A stretch of DNA of 64,000 bases from Podarcis melisellensis (Eukaryota): NCBI GenBank assembly GCA_964234715.1, contig OZ174279.1. One strand, written 5' to 3'. The position numbers and the translations under genes were made by a program. Numbering within the stretch: the stretch's first letter is position 1; each line of letters opens with the position of its first letter. The notes under the pieces are model-generated. The model made no database searches. It was not told the DNA's origin and saw nothing but the letters and a program-made list of their open reading frames with translations. This document shows positions 49,514 to 63,472 of this stretch, in pieces.

Positions 49514-51980
49514 ACAATGTCATTTTTCTACTGTAATTCTTTGAGCAGTTGCACACTTCTTGTTTGAATCCCTTGATGCATGTGACAAAAGGTTGGCTGG
49601 GGGAAGATGCTACCCTCACTATATGCACATATTTTTTTTACATGTCAAGCAATTCAAGGTGGTTTGGGTCAAAGGTCTCTGTTATGAAGTGTGCGGTGTG
49701 CACGCAATGCAAGCTTGCACATGCAACCTTGGCCCCTATTTTTAGGATCTTTTGTGCTTGAGCCTGAACACACTCTGGAATTCGGAATTCCAAGGGTCAT
49801 CATGGACAATGAAATCTCAAGTATTTTTTTGTATCGGAAGGAATTACTGTAACATATTTGTTGAAAGCTATTAAGCAGATTCAATTGATGCAGATGTTCA
49901 CAACACACTAACAACAGGCTAAGTTTAAATGAGTTTAAAGCTAATAAAAGGGTTAAAACTAATGGTGCAAGCTTTCAATTCGCAGAAATATGCAGCAAAA
50001 GAAGAATGCTAACAAGAAATTGAGGAGGGGGGGAAGCTGCCTGGCCACAGCAATAAAAGGAAATCATTCTAAAGCACCAGCCTTACCACAAAAACTGCAG
50101 GAGGGGGCTTGTGCAGCACACTTTGGAAAAAGAAGATGAACACAATTTGGCAATATTAACAAATGAGGAAAACGTTTGGGATGACTGGCAAAGGAAAAGG
50201 ATTTCAGTTCTGGAGAGCTTGAAGCAACTAACGGTATGAGCTATTTGGCTTTCTTAACAGAAAACAGGGAAGTAAATTTTTTTTTAATAGTGGAAATGCT
50301 TGATGTGGTTTGTGAGCATAAAAGAGAGAAATGTGGTGGAGAAAATTGCTGCTGAGGATGTGCTATACAAATCTGTTTGGAAGAAATGTGAAGGTAAAGG
50401 CAAAAAAATTGCACGGGGTGGGGAGGGATTTTTAGAGCAGTAGGACAAGCATGGAGAAGGCAAAGATCTGTTGCCAGCTTAAGAACACTGGCTCAGAGTA
50501 TTTTGGTAAGGGATGCAGAGGAGAGTTTGGTAGTGTCACCCTGGAACCATTCTGGTACAGCAAAAGGAACAAAAACGAGGAAAAATAAAATGAGGTAGTG
50601 TAACAAAGGGGCATATGGCCTGTTCTGTGAAAAAGAGGACGCAGTTTCTGACACCTGCAGAGTGGGTGGGTGGGTGGATCTGAGAGTCACAGATTACAAC
50701 CTTAATGAAGATCCTGGGAGATAGAGTCCAACCCTTGAAGATAAGAAGCCCCTAACTCTGAGCAGGCTAGTAGCAGCTTTTACAACCAAATCTGAGTTTA
50801 ATATTTACAATAAAAGGCTAAAAATATTGTCTTCCCGAAAGCATTGGGTGCTAAAAGTTTCTAAATCATGCCAGCCAGGAAGAGATTGTCCTAAATCTCT
50901 GAGAAATGCCTTCTAAAGGTGTAACTTCTTTCTGATGTCCAGATGTGGAAGGGGAAAAAGATTAACATCATCACTATTTTCTGGTGGGAGCCTGATCCCA
51001 CTGAAACTTCCTTATTAGCTATGTGGGGAAAGTGAAAGAGTGACATTTTAGGCATCTTGGCTTAACACTTCCAGAAAGAGTCTGATGCTCTTGTGTTTTA
51101 CTTTTAAAATTACAAGTGATAAGGAAGGATGCCAAGAAGACAGCTGCCAATGTATTTAGCAGGACACATTGCAGGTGGTTCATTCCTTGTCTTCCAGATC
51201 ATAACAGAGCTTCCATTCTCAGGTGCAGGCTACAGTACTACAAAATCTGAATTTAGGGGTACTTCGTAACATTCCCTCTTTCTGTTGCTACTGCACACTG
51301 GTTTTTCCCCCAGCAGCACTCATGTCTTCACACAGCATAGTATTAGAGGCAGTGCATTAGGCCCAAGGCAAAACTTGGGTTTGATTATTTTGTTGACTGG
51401 CCTTCCTTTTATCCTGTCTGGAACCACAGCTGCCTCCCAGGCAGTGGTTTGTCCCTTGAGAGATATGGAAATTATGTCGCTGCTTGCAGAGGCCATAGAA
51501 AGAGAAAGAACTCAGAGCTGTGAATTAGTGATTCTAGATTAGTTAGCACTAATCTATCTGCAGTGGGGCCTTCCTTATTCTGAGCCATGACCCCTGTCTG
51601 AGACAGCTGTAGCTTTTCATCTCTGCTAATTCCGCTTGGATTTTCCTCCATTCCTTCCACCTGATGCTGGTTCAGACTCTTTAGAGACAGGATATGTTTA
51701 GCGCTAATGAGGGAGACTAAGATGGGGCTTGTGGTGGAGAATTTCGACAGATCTATATGGAGCACTTGAATAAATTTTATAATGGTTAATTTATAGCTGT
51801 CTTTGCCATAAATTTAGCTGCCTCTGAGACTCTGGAGTTGCCAGGTCTTAAGTGGAGTGGCAGAAGCCAGAAGACAAATATTTTAACTGCCTATAATGAC
51901 CTAATCTTAGGAGGGAGGGGGTATGTACCACAAAACATGAAAGTGGATGTGCCTATTTTTTAACTTATGTGTGATCTAAG

Positions 51981-52102
51981 CAGTACTATTTTTCGGGGGG
52001 TGGGGGTGCCAGAACTCAACATGAATGTCTCCCTTGTTCTTTTATAATGGCAATGGTGCTCACCTGAGAGGTGCCAGAACTGAGTTCAGGTGAGTTCTAC
52101 CA
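51981..52102. mobile_element. hAT-like MITE fragment
   Basis: cagtactattttt start and duplicated ggtgccagaact motif. Confidence 0.5.
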
Positions 52103-52156
52103 CCTCTTTTCTCCTAGGATGCTTGCATACAGAATAGTCTCCTTGCACCCATATTT

Positions 52157-52314
52157 AGGGGGGCAAGATGCAGATGAGGGCAGGGCACCTATCCCTATAT
52201 AAATAGTTGTGTGGAGGAGAGAATAACATCCAAACTGTACCTATTGAAATTCTGTGCTCTGCATAACCATTAAAGGTGCAGGAACCGTGCCCTCATTTGC
52301 ATCTTGGCCACCCT
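52157..52314. mobile_element. Palindromic MITE
   Basis: Inverted ends caagatgcagatgagggca / tgccctcatttgcatcttg (18/19). Confidence 0.75.
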
Positions 52315-53007
52315 GCTCACCTTTGGTCTTGGTCTTTCAGTGCCCAGTTCTCCTCATCTGTAGGAGCCAATACTGAAGCCAGAGCCAGCAATATGTCAGA
52401 CTTTAATAAAAATGGATGCTTTTAAATTCTAAACATTTAATTTTGGCAGCCAACCTCTTGCAAAGCTTTCAGAGCAATCTTGTTAATGTTTTAACCAAAG
52501 CACAAACAAGCATATCTCAGCACTTCTGTCTGGCTCTCAGGATCCCCCCCACATCCCCTACCTCCTGGCTTCTGCTCCTGGAGCTTGCTCAATCCTGCTG
52601 CTGCAGCGTGCTTTGCCTGGAAAGTCTTAATTTGCCAAATGGACATTTGCTCACAGCTTGCCCTTAGTTAAAGGGTGGATTGAAGTGGGGCGATTGAAAT
52701 CTCATAGCCATTAACAATGTCTATGAAGTGAACGTTCATAAAGCAGTGAAGGGGAGACCCCTGCAATATCCTTCCATTTTGAGCAGAATCTAAACTAAGA
52801 AAAGGATAAATTAGAGATGTTTTCAGTGGGCATATATAAATAGTTGCAAGCCAAGGAACTCTTGCTCTCAATTTTTTTAAAACTGCTATACACAAAGAAC
52901 ATCCTAGAAACACTGTCCATGCTCGTTAGGGATTGTGCTGGTGATTTCACCCTCATATTACCTATATATTGGGCAGCCAATGAGATAATGATGTTCTACC
53001 ACATGCC

Positions 53008-53010
<3 letters not shown>

Positions 53011-53078
<68 letters not shown>
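53011..53078. repeat. Compound (TC)n(AC)n microsatellite
   Basis: About 19 TC units then about 15 AC units. Confidence 0.97.
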
Positions 53079-53080
<2 letters not shown>

Positions 53081-55857
53081 ACCACTCAAGTGCTCCCATT
53101 CCATCAGCTCCAGTGGCTCAGGCAGTAATGACTCTGCTACTTCCAGTCCCCAGGTATCTCCACAGGCAGTTCTAATCTTGTACTCCTCACAAGCACTATT
53201 TCTGAGCACAGTACAAAAAGGAAAGTCCATGCAAAATAAGACATTTCAGCACTTTTCATAGAACCTCAGACCATGTCTGGCCAACCAGTACAGAAAACTA
53301 CCTCCAAGCAGCCTTGCAGCTGCTGAATGACCTGAAGGCAGATTTTGCTGCATTTCCCCAAAATAAATTTCTGTCCCTAGCACCAGCATTTGTTTTAGTG
53401 TTCTGACAGCCCCTGGACTGCAAAGCAAAGTGGCCCAGAGGCACTATATGGTCCATTAATAGAACACCTAACAATGGCAACTTTCACCCATTTAAATCTG
53501 AAACGGCTCAATCACTGCATGAGAACTTAATATTTGCCAATTTTTCATCCTGGCAGGAATTGAATCTCTGTGGGCATCTGTTGATCATTCAGAAGCAGAC
53601 TCTATAAATGTTTCCAATACAGAAGGCTTCCAGTTCTCTCTTTGCAGCCCTGAGGGAGTTTGTGAATGTTTTTATAAAGGTTATGGCACACTTTCTCTAG
53701 CAAGAATTGAGTCTTTCCCAACCCAAATTATATTATTCTGGTCTTGTCCATGGGGCGGACAGAGAATAAAGGGATGTTCAAGCCTGTCTTAACCTGCCTC
53801 ATGGACTAACTGCATCTAGAGGGCTCTCTTCCTCTGTTGCAATGATGAGAAATGCTGAATTCATGATGAAATTGGGTTATTGATGTTAACATCCAGATTT
53901 AGGTCACTGATGAGGACTTTAGGCAAATGTGGATCTTATAGTCTGTCAACCAGTAGGGGATGATTTTCTCACAAGAGTAATTGGTCCAGATTCCACACAG
54001 TTGTTTTCAGGGCTCCTCTTGCCTTCCGGCTTGAGACTGCAGTGCAAACATACCTACAGAGTTAGTTAATGAGGGATATTTGTGTATCGCCATTTTGAGG
54101 TCTGTTCCCAGTCAGATGCAGACAACCACAGACTGTATTTCTTAGTCTGAGTATTTTTGTGTGTGATGAAGCATCCTGGATTTAGGAGCCAGGAAAGAAT
54201 TCTCACTCAAGTTCCTCAAAGCAGAGATAGGGATGATGGGTGAAGTGTGAATCCGAGAACTAAACTGGTGCAAACAGAACTTGGTTTAAAAATAAGTAAA
54301 GGCGCAGCACAAATACCTAGGAAAAGAAGATGTCCTCAACCTTAGCTGCTATTCCTGAACGCAGCAGGAGGAAGGTTATTCCCAGGGGTTGTAGGGTGGG
54401 TAATTTCTCCCACCTATGTTAAAAAGGAGCAAGAGAAAGAGAACCTGTATGAACCAGTGACGCCTGGCTTGTTCTTTTTGGATGTCTGAATTTACCAGTT
54501 TCCAGCTTAGATATTCTGAGTCCAGCAGGATCTCATAATGTTTGTTTTACATTGGTGTGCATCTTAGTGCACTTGGGCATTATAGTCTTCTGTTTTTTTT
54601 ATATATAGTTTTAACTTGTTAGGACTAAAGAGCTTTCTTCCAGGCTATATGGGCTTAGTATAGGAGCTAGAGGGAAGCTCCTTCTCCCCCTGGATAAGCC
54701 CAACAATAAACACTGCCTGACCCCAGAATCCCTGAGAATTAAAGTCAGTGGGGAATACTTCAAGTTTAGTGGAAGAAGGGGTATATGACCCTTGTGCCAA
54801 AAATCAGCTATTTGATTATTTTCACAAGGAATTCCCAACATTATCCTCCCTTCGGCTGCATGATTTCTGCCAAGCAATGGATCTGCAACTCCCATCCTGC
54901 AAACTACTTGGGAAAGAAGCATTCTCTCCCAACCCTAAGAGAGCAGGTCCCTTTCCCATTTATTGCAGCCAGCTGCTATCAACTTGAATCTGCCTTCTCC
55001 CTAGCTGCCTTTTATCGCCTCAATTAACATTTCCTTTATGGCAGCTTGTGAGTGTGGGTAACTGTTCAATAGCCTTCTCCCAAGGCACACTATCCAGACT
55101 TCATATGCTCTGACGGAAGCTTACCTGGCATTCTGTCCTCATTACAGCCATTTCACACCCCATAAGTCACCATAGGGCACTAATGTGGCACATTCACACT
55201 GGAAAGGGCTCTCCTACAGTAACATGTCTTGCTGTAAAATGTGTGTGTGCACGCACTGTGCTACAGCACAATAGCATTTCCAAGTGTTCTGGCTCTGGTT
55301 GGGCAGTTTATAAGCTATCCCAAATGGTTGCTTACTATCTTGCGAGAAGCTTATTACCACACCACGGCTATATGGGAAAGCCTGCTGATCCATATCAAAT
55401 GCATTCCACAAATGAGTACCTTAGGAAAACCACCACCAATCTTGCCTTGTTGTCAGGGACTTCTGCCCAGATGGCTTTGAGTTCAGTATTAGAAGGGTAT
55501 AATCCCTGATGACAGCCATTACCTTGTTTCTCTGTCATTGGAGCTGGTTCTCCCCAGTGTTCCTGTCCCAAGTCCTCATACACAAATGTTGAGGTGGCAT
55601 GTCTGTGAATGGAGCAAAGCTGCACCACTTCAGATTGTACCACTCCATGACTGATGGGTGGGCAGGGAGAGGGTTTGGCTAGTGCTGACAGCAAGGAATA
55701 AGAGCAATTGCCAGGATTCATCTGGCTTGGGTAGTTCTAGTCATCAGTGGGCCCTGGGTTACATATTTAATATACATTGTGTACTTGTTCAGGGAAATGA
55801 GAATAGATAGGGTAGAGGTCATCAGCAATGCTCATGTTCAATGGCTAATCCTCAATA

Positions 55858-55992
55858 TAGGATAGGGAACCTGTGGCCCTCCAGATATTGTTGGATTACA
55901 ACCTGACATCCTTGAGCATTGGCCATGCTGGCTGGTGATGATGGGAGTTGGAGTCCAACAACGCCTGGAAGACCACAGGTTCTCCATCCTTG
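55858..55992. mobile_element. Palindromic (hAT-like) MITE, best-preserved copy of its family here
   Basis: Long imperfect inverted repeat gaacctgtggccctccagatattgttgga / tccaacaacgcctggaagaccacaggttc; decayed relatives near 4447, 7417, 32155, 32541 and 39425. Confidence 0.8.
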
Positions 55993-56584
55993 CCTTACAA
56001 GTTCCTTCTCAAGTAGTTGCTTTTTAGGGTGAATTTTGCATCAAGGCCAGAGCTAGACTTCCTTCTTTAGGGGCGAGGAGGCTGTGGGAAGTTTATACCT
56101 GTGCATGGTGGAGAGCACATGATCGATACTGAGGACTATTTTGTTGAGTCAATTGCTGGCTCTTGAATCCTATATCTAGAATGGAGTGTAGATGCCTAGC
56201 AAATATTTAGACTGGCAACAGGGCAAGATCTTAAACCTGCCGTGATCAAACAAGTCATGTGACATGAAAGGAAGGAATGTCCCATGTAAACTATTAAAGG
56301 CCCATCTGATTCCAGTTGTACAGCATGACAAATAGTTATATATGAAATTTCTATGCCCTGCAGAAAAAATTTAGCCCTTTGATCTAAGCAGAGCATCTCG
56401 CCTGCATCAAAGGAACAGAGCACTTTGTCCTAGGGTACTGTGAGCCAACCCAGTTTCAACAGTGTTTGCGTCTAAGGTTTTGCTTCTGTGTTGTTGAGGT
56501 GTGCCAAAAGCACATGGGACCTGTTCCGTTTTTCAAAGTGGATAGGGAGTCTGAGCATTGTCTTCTGGCGGAGGTCTCTCTTTC

Positions 56585-56645
56585 TAACAACAACAACAAC
56601 AATTTCTACCCCGCCCCATCTGGCTGGGTTTCACCAGCCACTCTT
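56585..56645 (-). mobile_element. Extremely truncated 3' tip of the young L2 family
   Basis: (AAC)5 then taccccgccccatctggctgggtttcaccagccactct, matching 4040-4078. Confidence 0.75.
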
Positions 56646-59600
56646 AAACCTTATCTGTTTTTGTTTATTGTGTGCTTGCTTTGCCTTTGCTGGTTTTGGA
56701 GCCAGCTGTAGCACTTGGGGTCGGCCAAGTGGTGTATAGCTAAACCATATGGTGTGAAAACATGGATAACATGATACCCTTCAACACAGTGACTTGCTGC
56801 CCTGCCTTGTCTGCAGGAAAACACACCCACACATAAAGCAGCACTTGGTGCATAAGGACCATGATGAATGGTGGGCCTCTAGCATGGAGATCCATCTGGG
56901 GTCAGCCTGGCACTTTTGCAGTTTTGTATTCACATTTCCTGCCTTAAAGCACCCTGTTGTCTAGCTGCAAACTGCCATGTGGCATAACACATTTCACCGT
57001 GTTGGCATAAAACAAGACTGCCAGCCTTAGCTCAGAACTCTGTGTGTCCCTGATTCACAGGTGGCCAGTTCCTCAAAGGGGGTGTGCAGGATTATACTTC
57101 TCAACATGGCATCAATGTAGAGCCATGTTCCCTCTCCCTGCAGCCTCAGCCTTTGGCTCTTGTTGAACTATTAGCTTCCAGCAAAGCATTTTTCACACTT
57201 CTGGTTAGCAAGCTGCATTGATACACCTTTTGTGGGGTTGGGAAGCGACACAGCATGGGGGGGGGGCTCATTTGACTCTTGTCTCCATATAGAAGATGAT
57301 TTCTGTTGCTTCTGTTGATGTGCATTCCATATCTATGCATATTTACACACATTGGCCCCACTCAGTTCAGTGGGACTTACTCCCTAGTAAATGTACATAG
57401 TGGTGTTGTGGGGATTCTTTTGCGCACACCCACCTTTTTGTAGAGCATGCATATGCAACGTTGGGAAAATCATTGCTTTAGAGAATTAATTCAGGCGCTC
57501 CGTTTTGTTGATAAAAATGTGCTCTGTCTCGAATGGTTTACACTGGTCTCTCAGTCTTAGAGAATAATTCAAGCCCAGGCCATTCTAGAGACAAAGACAA
57601 ATGCATTTCCTACCCTACCTTGCTAATCATTCTGGGCAGAGTTGTGCCACCTCAGGCCTTCGATTCATTTCCCTTAAATGCTTCCCTTCCTTTCTGATCT
57701 ACCTAGTTGTTGATGAAGTGCAGCTTGGTTCAGGCTCCTTCTCCTTTGCACCTCTCGGACTAATTGAATTAAGCGGATGGGAAGTGAATCCAATTGACTA
57801 GATTAAATGAGCTGGGCACAGATCTGGGAAGAAAGCGGGGCCTTGGAAGCGGAGCAAAGGAGCGCTTCCTCTGGCCACAGCTCTTCCGCTGCCCCATGAA
57901 CTGCACCCCCCTAGGTGCCATCACTTCACCACCCTTTGCCTTTTGCTTAACCTCTCATCCCTGGTCTTCCAGCAGCCCCTGCTGGGAAAGTGCGATGGCT
58001 CCCAGTCTCCTCAGACATTTCCCCCCCTCACTCTCTTCTGTTGCACAGAGCCTCCTTACTCTCCTAGGTAATTAGTGGTTAATTAGCCAAGCTGTCTGAC
58101 TTCTGCATGGCCCCCTCCACTCACGCTTCCCTCACGCTGGGCCTTAGGGCTGTGAGTGTGTAATGAACTGCAGGCTGGGGAAGGCCCCGGCCACATTTGC
58201 TCATTTAATTTCTGCTGCATCAGCTTACAAGTGCATTGGCTTTGAGGCTCTTGCTGTGCTGGAGGGGGCCTGGGACCTCCAAGCTGTTAGGTTTAAGTTG
58301 CGCTCCAGGAGAGCCAACGCTCTGGTGACAAGCACCAGCTGGGGCTGGAGGAGGCTGGAGAGCACTGTCCTCTTCAATGCCAGCATTCCCAGACTGGCTT
58401 CCTCTCCCTGCTCCCCCACTCCCGCCCCCAAGAAGAACTGTCCCTAGATACTTCCATACATCTGCTGCTAGTGGAGGGAAGAGCATGTTTGTGAGTATGA
58501 AACACACAGTCTTCATTTCCCTCTTTCCCTTTCGAAAGTGAGTGGAGACGGGGTGCAAACGCCTCTAGAAATAATGACATCTGAAATGGAAAGTTTTGCC
58601 TTTTTACACTTGACATTCCTATCTGGTCCATGTTTAGGATCTCCCAAGGTTTGGGGGACATTTTTATCAGCTGCTTTGAAGACTGAGTGTGTGTGTGTGC
58701 GCGCTCTGGGCCCCCACACACTCTGGGTTGTTTAACCTTTTCCTCCAAACATCCATCTCCTGATGTAATTTCCCCCACACCCTGCCCCAAACTATTTTAA
58801 AAGTCAGGAACACCATCTGCACCTTTTCCTTCCCCCGCCCCAATGCCTCACTACTTATGGAGATAATAACAATGGGGGGGGATTTACATAAGGGAAAGGA
58901 CTAAAACCCTGTCCAGAGTAGCCACATGAGGGTGCTTATTTAGTTTTCTCCTTCTCCTTAACACATACTGTAATCCTAATCCCAGATCTCCCACATGCCA
59001 AAGTTACACAAGAACAGCCCTATACTACCCAGCTCCCTTGCTGATTTGGAAACTCAAAACATTTGCTATCACCATCTTGCCACATTTTAAATCCCCGATA
59101 GGCTGCAATATTTGCCAGCAAACATGGAGTTTCTGTCCATGAAACTGACAAGTAATCTATACACTGCCATTCATACTTAGCAGAGTTTTTAAAACTCACC
59201 TATCCAGCCTTAAAGATTATTATACCAAGTAATATAGAAGCAGAGGACAGGAAATGAACCTCCATTCTTGAAATGCTTCCTGAATTGCGGAGGTGGCTGT
59301 GGCCTTCCTTGCAGAATGGGATGCCAATCTTGCTCATAGGTAGCAAGGCTTTAGGTTAAAATCAAACCGGGTATTATTATTGTTTATTAAATATGTATAC
59401 TGCTCTTTATCTGAAGATCACAGGGCAGTTTACAATATAAAACACAACAATATTCCCCACATTAAAAAAAGGAAAAATTAATTATGGTAAAATCAAAAAG
59501 GAACATCAAATGTCTAGGATTTAGATCATGGTGATTTAATATCCTGTGCTTGACTTTTCCCACATAGTTAAGCCATAAGAATGGAAATCTGCAATTAGCT

Positions 59601-62249
59601 AAAGGTGTGCTTAATAATGGTGATCAATGCTCTGTCTTTGCTTAATGAGCTGTTAAATTGCATCCCTGAGATAGATCACTAAGACCAGCCTGCCATTGTA
59701 GCTGGGAGGTGAGGTGTTGTGTTGCAATGGTGAGGGCATAGTGCTCTCATTCTAACACAGATACAACACCAGGCTTTCCTCCTAGCAGGGCTGAAAGGAC
59801 TTGATATCAATGTTCTTCATTTGCCCTCTTGATTTACAAAGTCCCAGCGTTTTGGTCCTGAAGGGTTACTATGAATATGGTCTCATAAGTTTCCCACTAG
59901 CCTCAAACACTGCAGTGAGACTGTGTCTCCTGCTGCCATCCCCCACAGCCTGCTTTTATATCCAGGTGATTTTAAAGGCCTTCTAAGTGCACAACAAGCA
60001 ACCCAATTGCTTTCTAGCTCAGGTTGATTCAGCCTTCCAGCTGCAAGCTTTGAACATAATGCTCTTGTAAAATATGCTGGTCTATGATTGAGGTGTATGT
60101 GATGGATTTGTTATCTGATCTGTACCAGCATTTGAATAAGCACTCTTTCACAGCTGCTTTTGTTTTAATACAGCCAAACAACAGCAACAAGTGATGGAAG
60201 ATGTATATAACCGCATGCTGTATCTATTTTGGCTAGGTTTGCTAATACATCAAGGCTGTTGGAGTCCATTCTTTTTGTGTCTAAGCCTTTGTGAAATGCT
60301 CCAGGCCAGAGTAAATCAAGTAGCCACTGGAGGTTTAGCATTGAGGTGAAAGCTATTTCAGACAATGCGGGTATGACTCAAAGCAGCTTTACGTCCTGCA
60401 AAGAAGTCACTAAACAGGAATGATTCTGTCATCTTAAAAAATGGTCTTTATTTCTTAAATTCAAATGTATGCATGGTACACTCCCTTCTATTGATCTTGT
60501 AACAAACTGAAAGAAATGCAGAGAGGAAGAGTTGGTTTTGTGCACAGAGCAATTAACAACCAGAACAAGTAAAAACTACCATCTCCAACAAACCAAATGG
60601 AAGGTGTACGCAAATGGGTATGTGCTTTTTTTTTGGTGGCAGGAAGAATGAATTATTCCTGGGGGGCCAGTTCACACATGCATGAACATCACTTGATGAC
60701 ATGCAACTGACAAGTCTTGTCTATGCATGCAGCAGAGTGAGCTGCTTGAATTCTGAGGTTACATAATGGATTTTACCACTTCCAACTAGGGCTGAGGAAG
60801 GAAACCACTTTGATGTTCAAAAGAAATAAATCCCTGCAAATAGAAAGTATGAAGCAGGCTGCACCAAAAGCTTTATTCCTGCCATGTTACATGTATGTGT
60901 TTGTCTATATGTCTTCATTGTTTATATGGATGAGTGTGGGGTTTTGCCTAGGGGAGACCTGAAATTGCACCCCACCACCACCACACCCACAGTATGAAAT
61001 GGTACAGTCTGTCACTGTCACAGGATTCCAGTTCTAAATATATGAACCTACTCTATTGAAAAGTATTAAGTTTTTAGATGATGTCAGGTGCTTGATCTGT
61101 GGTGGCTTTTGCAGAAGTTTGTAACCTCTGAGAAGATGCTCCCAGACAGTCTCTCTCTAAGGTATTTCCTTTCAAGAGGCACTCGACTCTGGTTTTAACT
61201 ACATCCTTGATTCACCAGAAGAGCACAAAGTCTGATTCCTGAGGTCCCACAACTGGTTCAGAGAGAACGTCTGAGAAGCAGCTCTTGAGAAGCACTGAGC
61301 TCCTGTTTCCACTTAGCACCCACGATTCTTCTCCAAAAGCCATGGTGGCACCTTAGCAGATGAAGAGGCTGCATCCATGAGAGTTGCTCATGCCACAGAA
61401 AGTTGAGTGTTGTATCTAGTAATCGGATTGTGCTGTTTTTTGTTTTACTTCTGTGCTCTATAATTTACTTTTCTCATCTCACATGTATACTGCCCATCTC
61501 ATATCTGCTGCAGACTTGCCTATACACCTCATGCCCCATTAAATCAATATGGTTCTAGTCTATAGGGTGCCAGAACACATTTTGCCTTCCTTCTGCTCAC
61601 AGAGCTGCTTTCTGGGAAGTTCTATGAGGTATACTTATAGTTACCTATGTAGAGCTTGCCTGGCATCTCCCTGAGCCAGGGAGCAATTACCCAAAAAGCT
61701 TTGATTAACTCTTATTTGACAGCAATTGAGAAAAATAACCTTGGCCAGAAGAGTTTTTGGCACTGATTATTTAACCTGACATCATGTGTCCTGTTGGCAG
61801 ACCCTGAGAGGCGATATCCATCTGGAACCACTTACGTTATTCATTGTTTCTTACATTTGTTTTTAATTTGCCCTTATTTGACTCTGGCTGTGACCACCTA
61901 GCTGACTGCAGTATACACACTCCATCCCTTTTCCCCGGGCTCAGGTTTTACACTCTGCTTACAAACCAACCAACCAAAGGATGGAAGACAACAGAGGATG
62001 GCAGTCATCTCTTCCCCTCACAGTCCATAAATCAACCCCTCCCGCAGAGCCCCAGGCCAACAGCCAGCTGCTCAATCCCAAGATTTCCCCCAGCTTTTGA
62101 GGGCTGAAAATGGGACTATAATATCTCCTCCAGCAAGTGGTGGCTAGAGAGAAGCTTTTCCTCCCTCTTTCATAATACTAGAGCCCCAGAATCACCTAAT
62201 GAAACTGAATGGTAGACCATTCAAGACAGACAAGAGGACTACAAGACTC

Positions 62250-62496
62250 TGGTTACAGCCGCCAATTTGTATAGCTTTAACATGGGATTAGATAAATTCA
62301 TGGTGGACAGGGCTATCAATGGCTGAGAGTCACAATGGTTGTCTAATACCTCCAGGATGAGAGGCAACATGGAGACGGAGAGAGCTACTGCCCTTGTGTC
62401 CTGCTTGTGGACATCTGGTTGACTGCTGTGTGGAAACAGCACACTGGACTAGATAAGCTTTTGGGTTGATCCAACAAGGCTACTCATGTTCTTATG
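62250..62496 (+). mobile_element. CR1 LINE 3' end
   Basis: ggattagataaattcatgg (GLDKFM) ... ggctatcaatggct ... actggactagat ... atgttcttatg tail. Confidence 0.78.
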
Positions 62497-62634
62497 GACT
62501 CCGGGATCAACACAGGTTGTTTATAAGGTGCAGTTCTGTCCTCTGTGACCAGTGTGGGCTGCATTGATAGGATGGAAATGATATTCTATTGGAGATGATA
62601 ACATTCTATGATTGTATGGAAACAACTTGGGTCA

Positions 62635-62790
62635 ATAATAATAATAATAACAGTAGCATTGGCAGAATATTTCACTGTCTGCAAAGCGTTTCACATATAT
62701 GTAGACCTTTTAGAAGAAGAAAACCCCCCAAAAGTGAGTGGTTTTATCCTCATATTGCAGTGGGGGATTAAGGCTGAGAGCCAAACTTGA
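62635..62790 (-). mobile_element. Old CORE-type SINE fragment
   Basis: (AAT)5 tail, caaagcgtttcacat and ttatcctcatattgcag...aggctgaga resemble the reverse of the MIR/CORE region. Confidence 0.5.
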
Positions 62791-63396
62791 TGTGACATTA
62801 TTTTGCCATGGGCTTTAAAAAAAAAAAAATAGCTGGTGTGGAGGAGGGAGGCTTCAAGCTTTTGCCCCCACCCTGGACCCAATCTGAATAGAATGATTCC
62901 ACACCTGCTATCTGCAATGACAGGAAAGCTCTCACTGGGAACAAGAACCTGTGGTTTTGAGTTCAGTGCCAGGACTCAGCACCAGTCCCCTGAATATATG
63001 CAGAGTTTAATTTCAGCCAGGTGTCACAAAGGTTTAAAATCTGGAAGCTGTCTTCAATGCCTGCGAATCTGCCTTCATTATGTAATACTCTGTGTCTAAC
63101 TAGAACGAGTTCCAAGTTTATTAAAGAGAAGGTGGGAAGCGTAAGAGAAAATGAAACAAGCTGCACAATACACAAAAGTAAAATGCACCTACAAGTCTAA
63201 TATTAGACAGGCAGGAGCTTAACTTCCAGCACTGTAACTCCTAAGGGGCCACAGCAGCATATCAGAAATTCAAACTAAGTAAAGCAATGTAGTTCACTCT
63301 TTAAAAAAAAAAGCTCTGCAGAAAAGTGAGAAACCACTTAGATCTTACAACTCATGAACAAATCAAAAGAGGGAGGGAAGATAAATTTCAACATTT

Positions 63397-63472
63397 TTGG
63401 CCATGGCCAGAGCAGGATGCTGAACTAGAGCAGCCACTGGTCCGATCCAGCAGGCTCTCCTTATGTTCTTAA
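63397..63472 (+). mobile_element. CR1 3' tip
   Basis: caggatgctgaactag...ggtccgatccagcaggctctccttatgttctta. Confidence 0.7.

Noticed and set aside
53842-53912. C/D-box snoRNA-like pattern (ATGATGA twice, CTGA twice)
   Set aside because: No terminal stem, no recognisable rRNA or snRNA guide, and no evident host intron; also lacks the GAAA needed for a hammerhead after CTGATGA.
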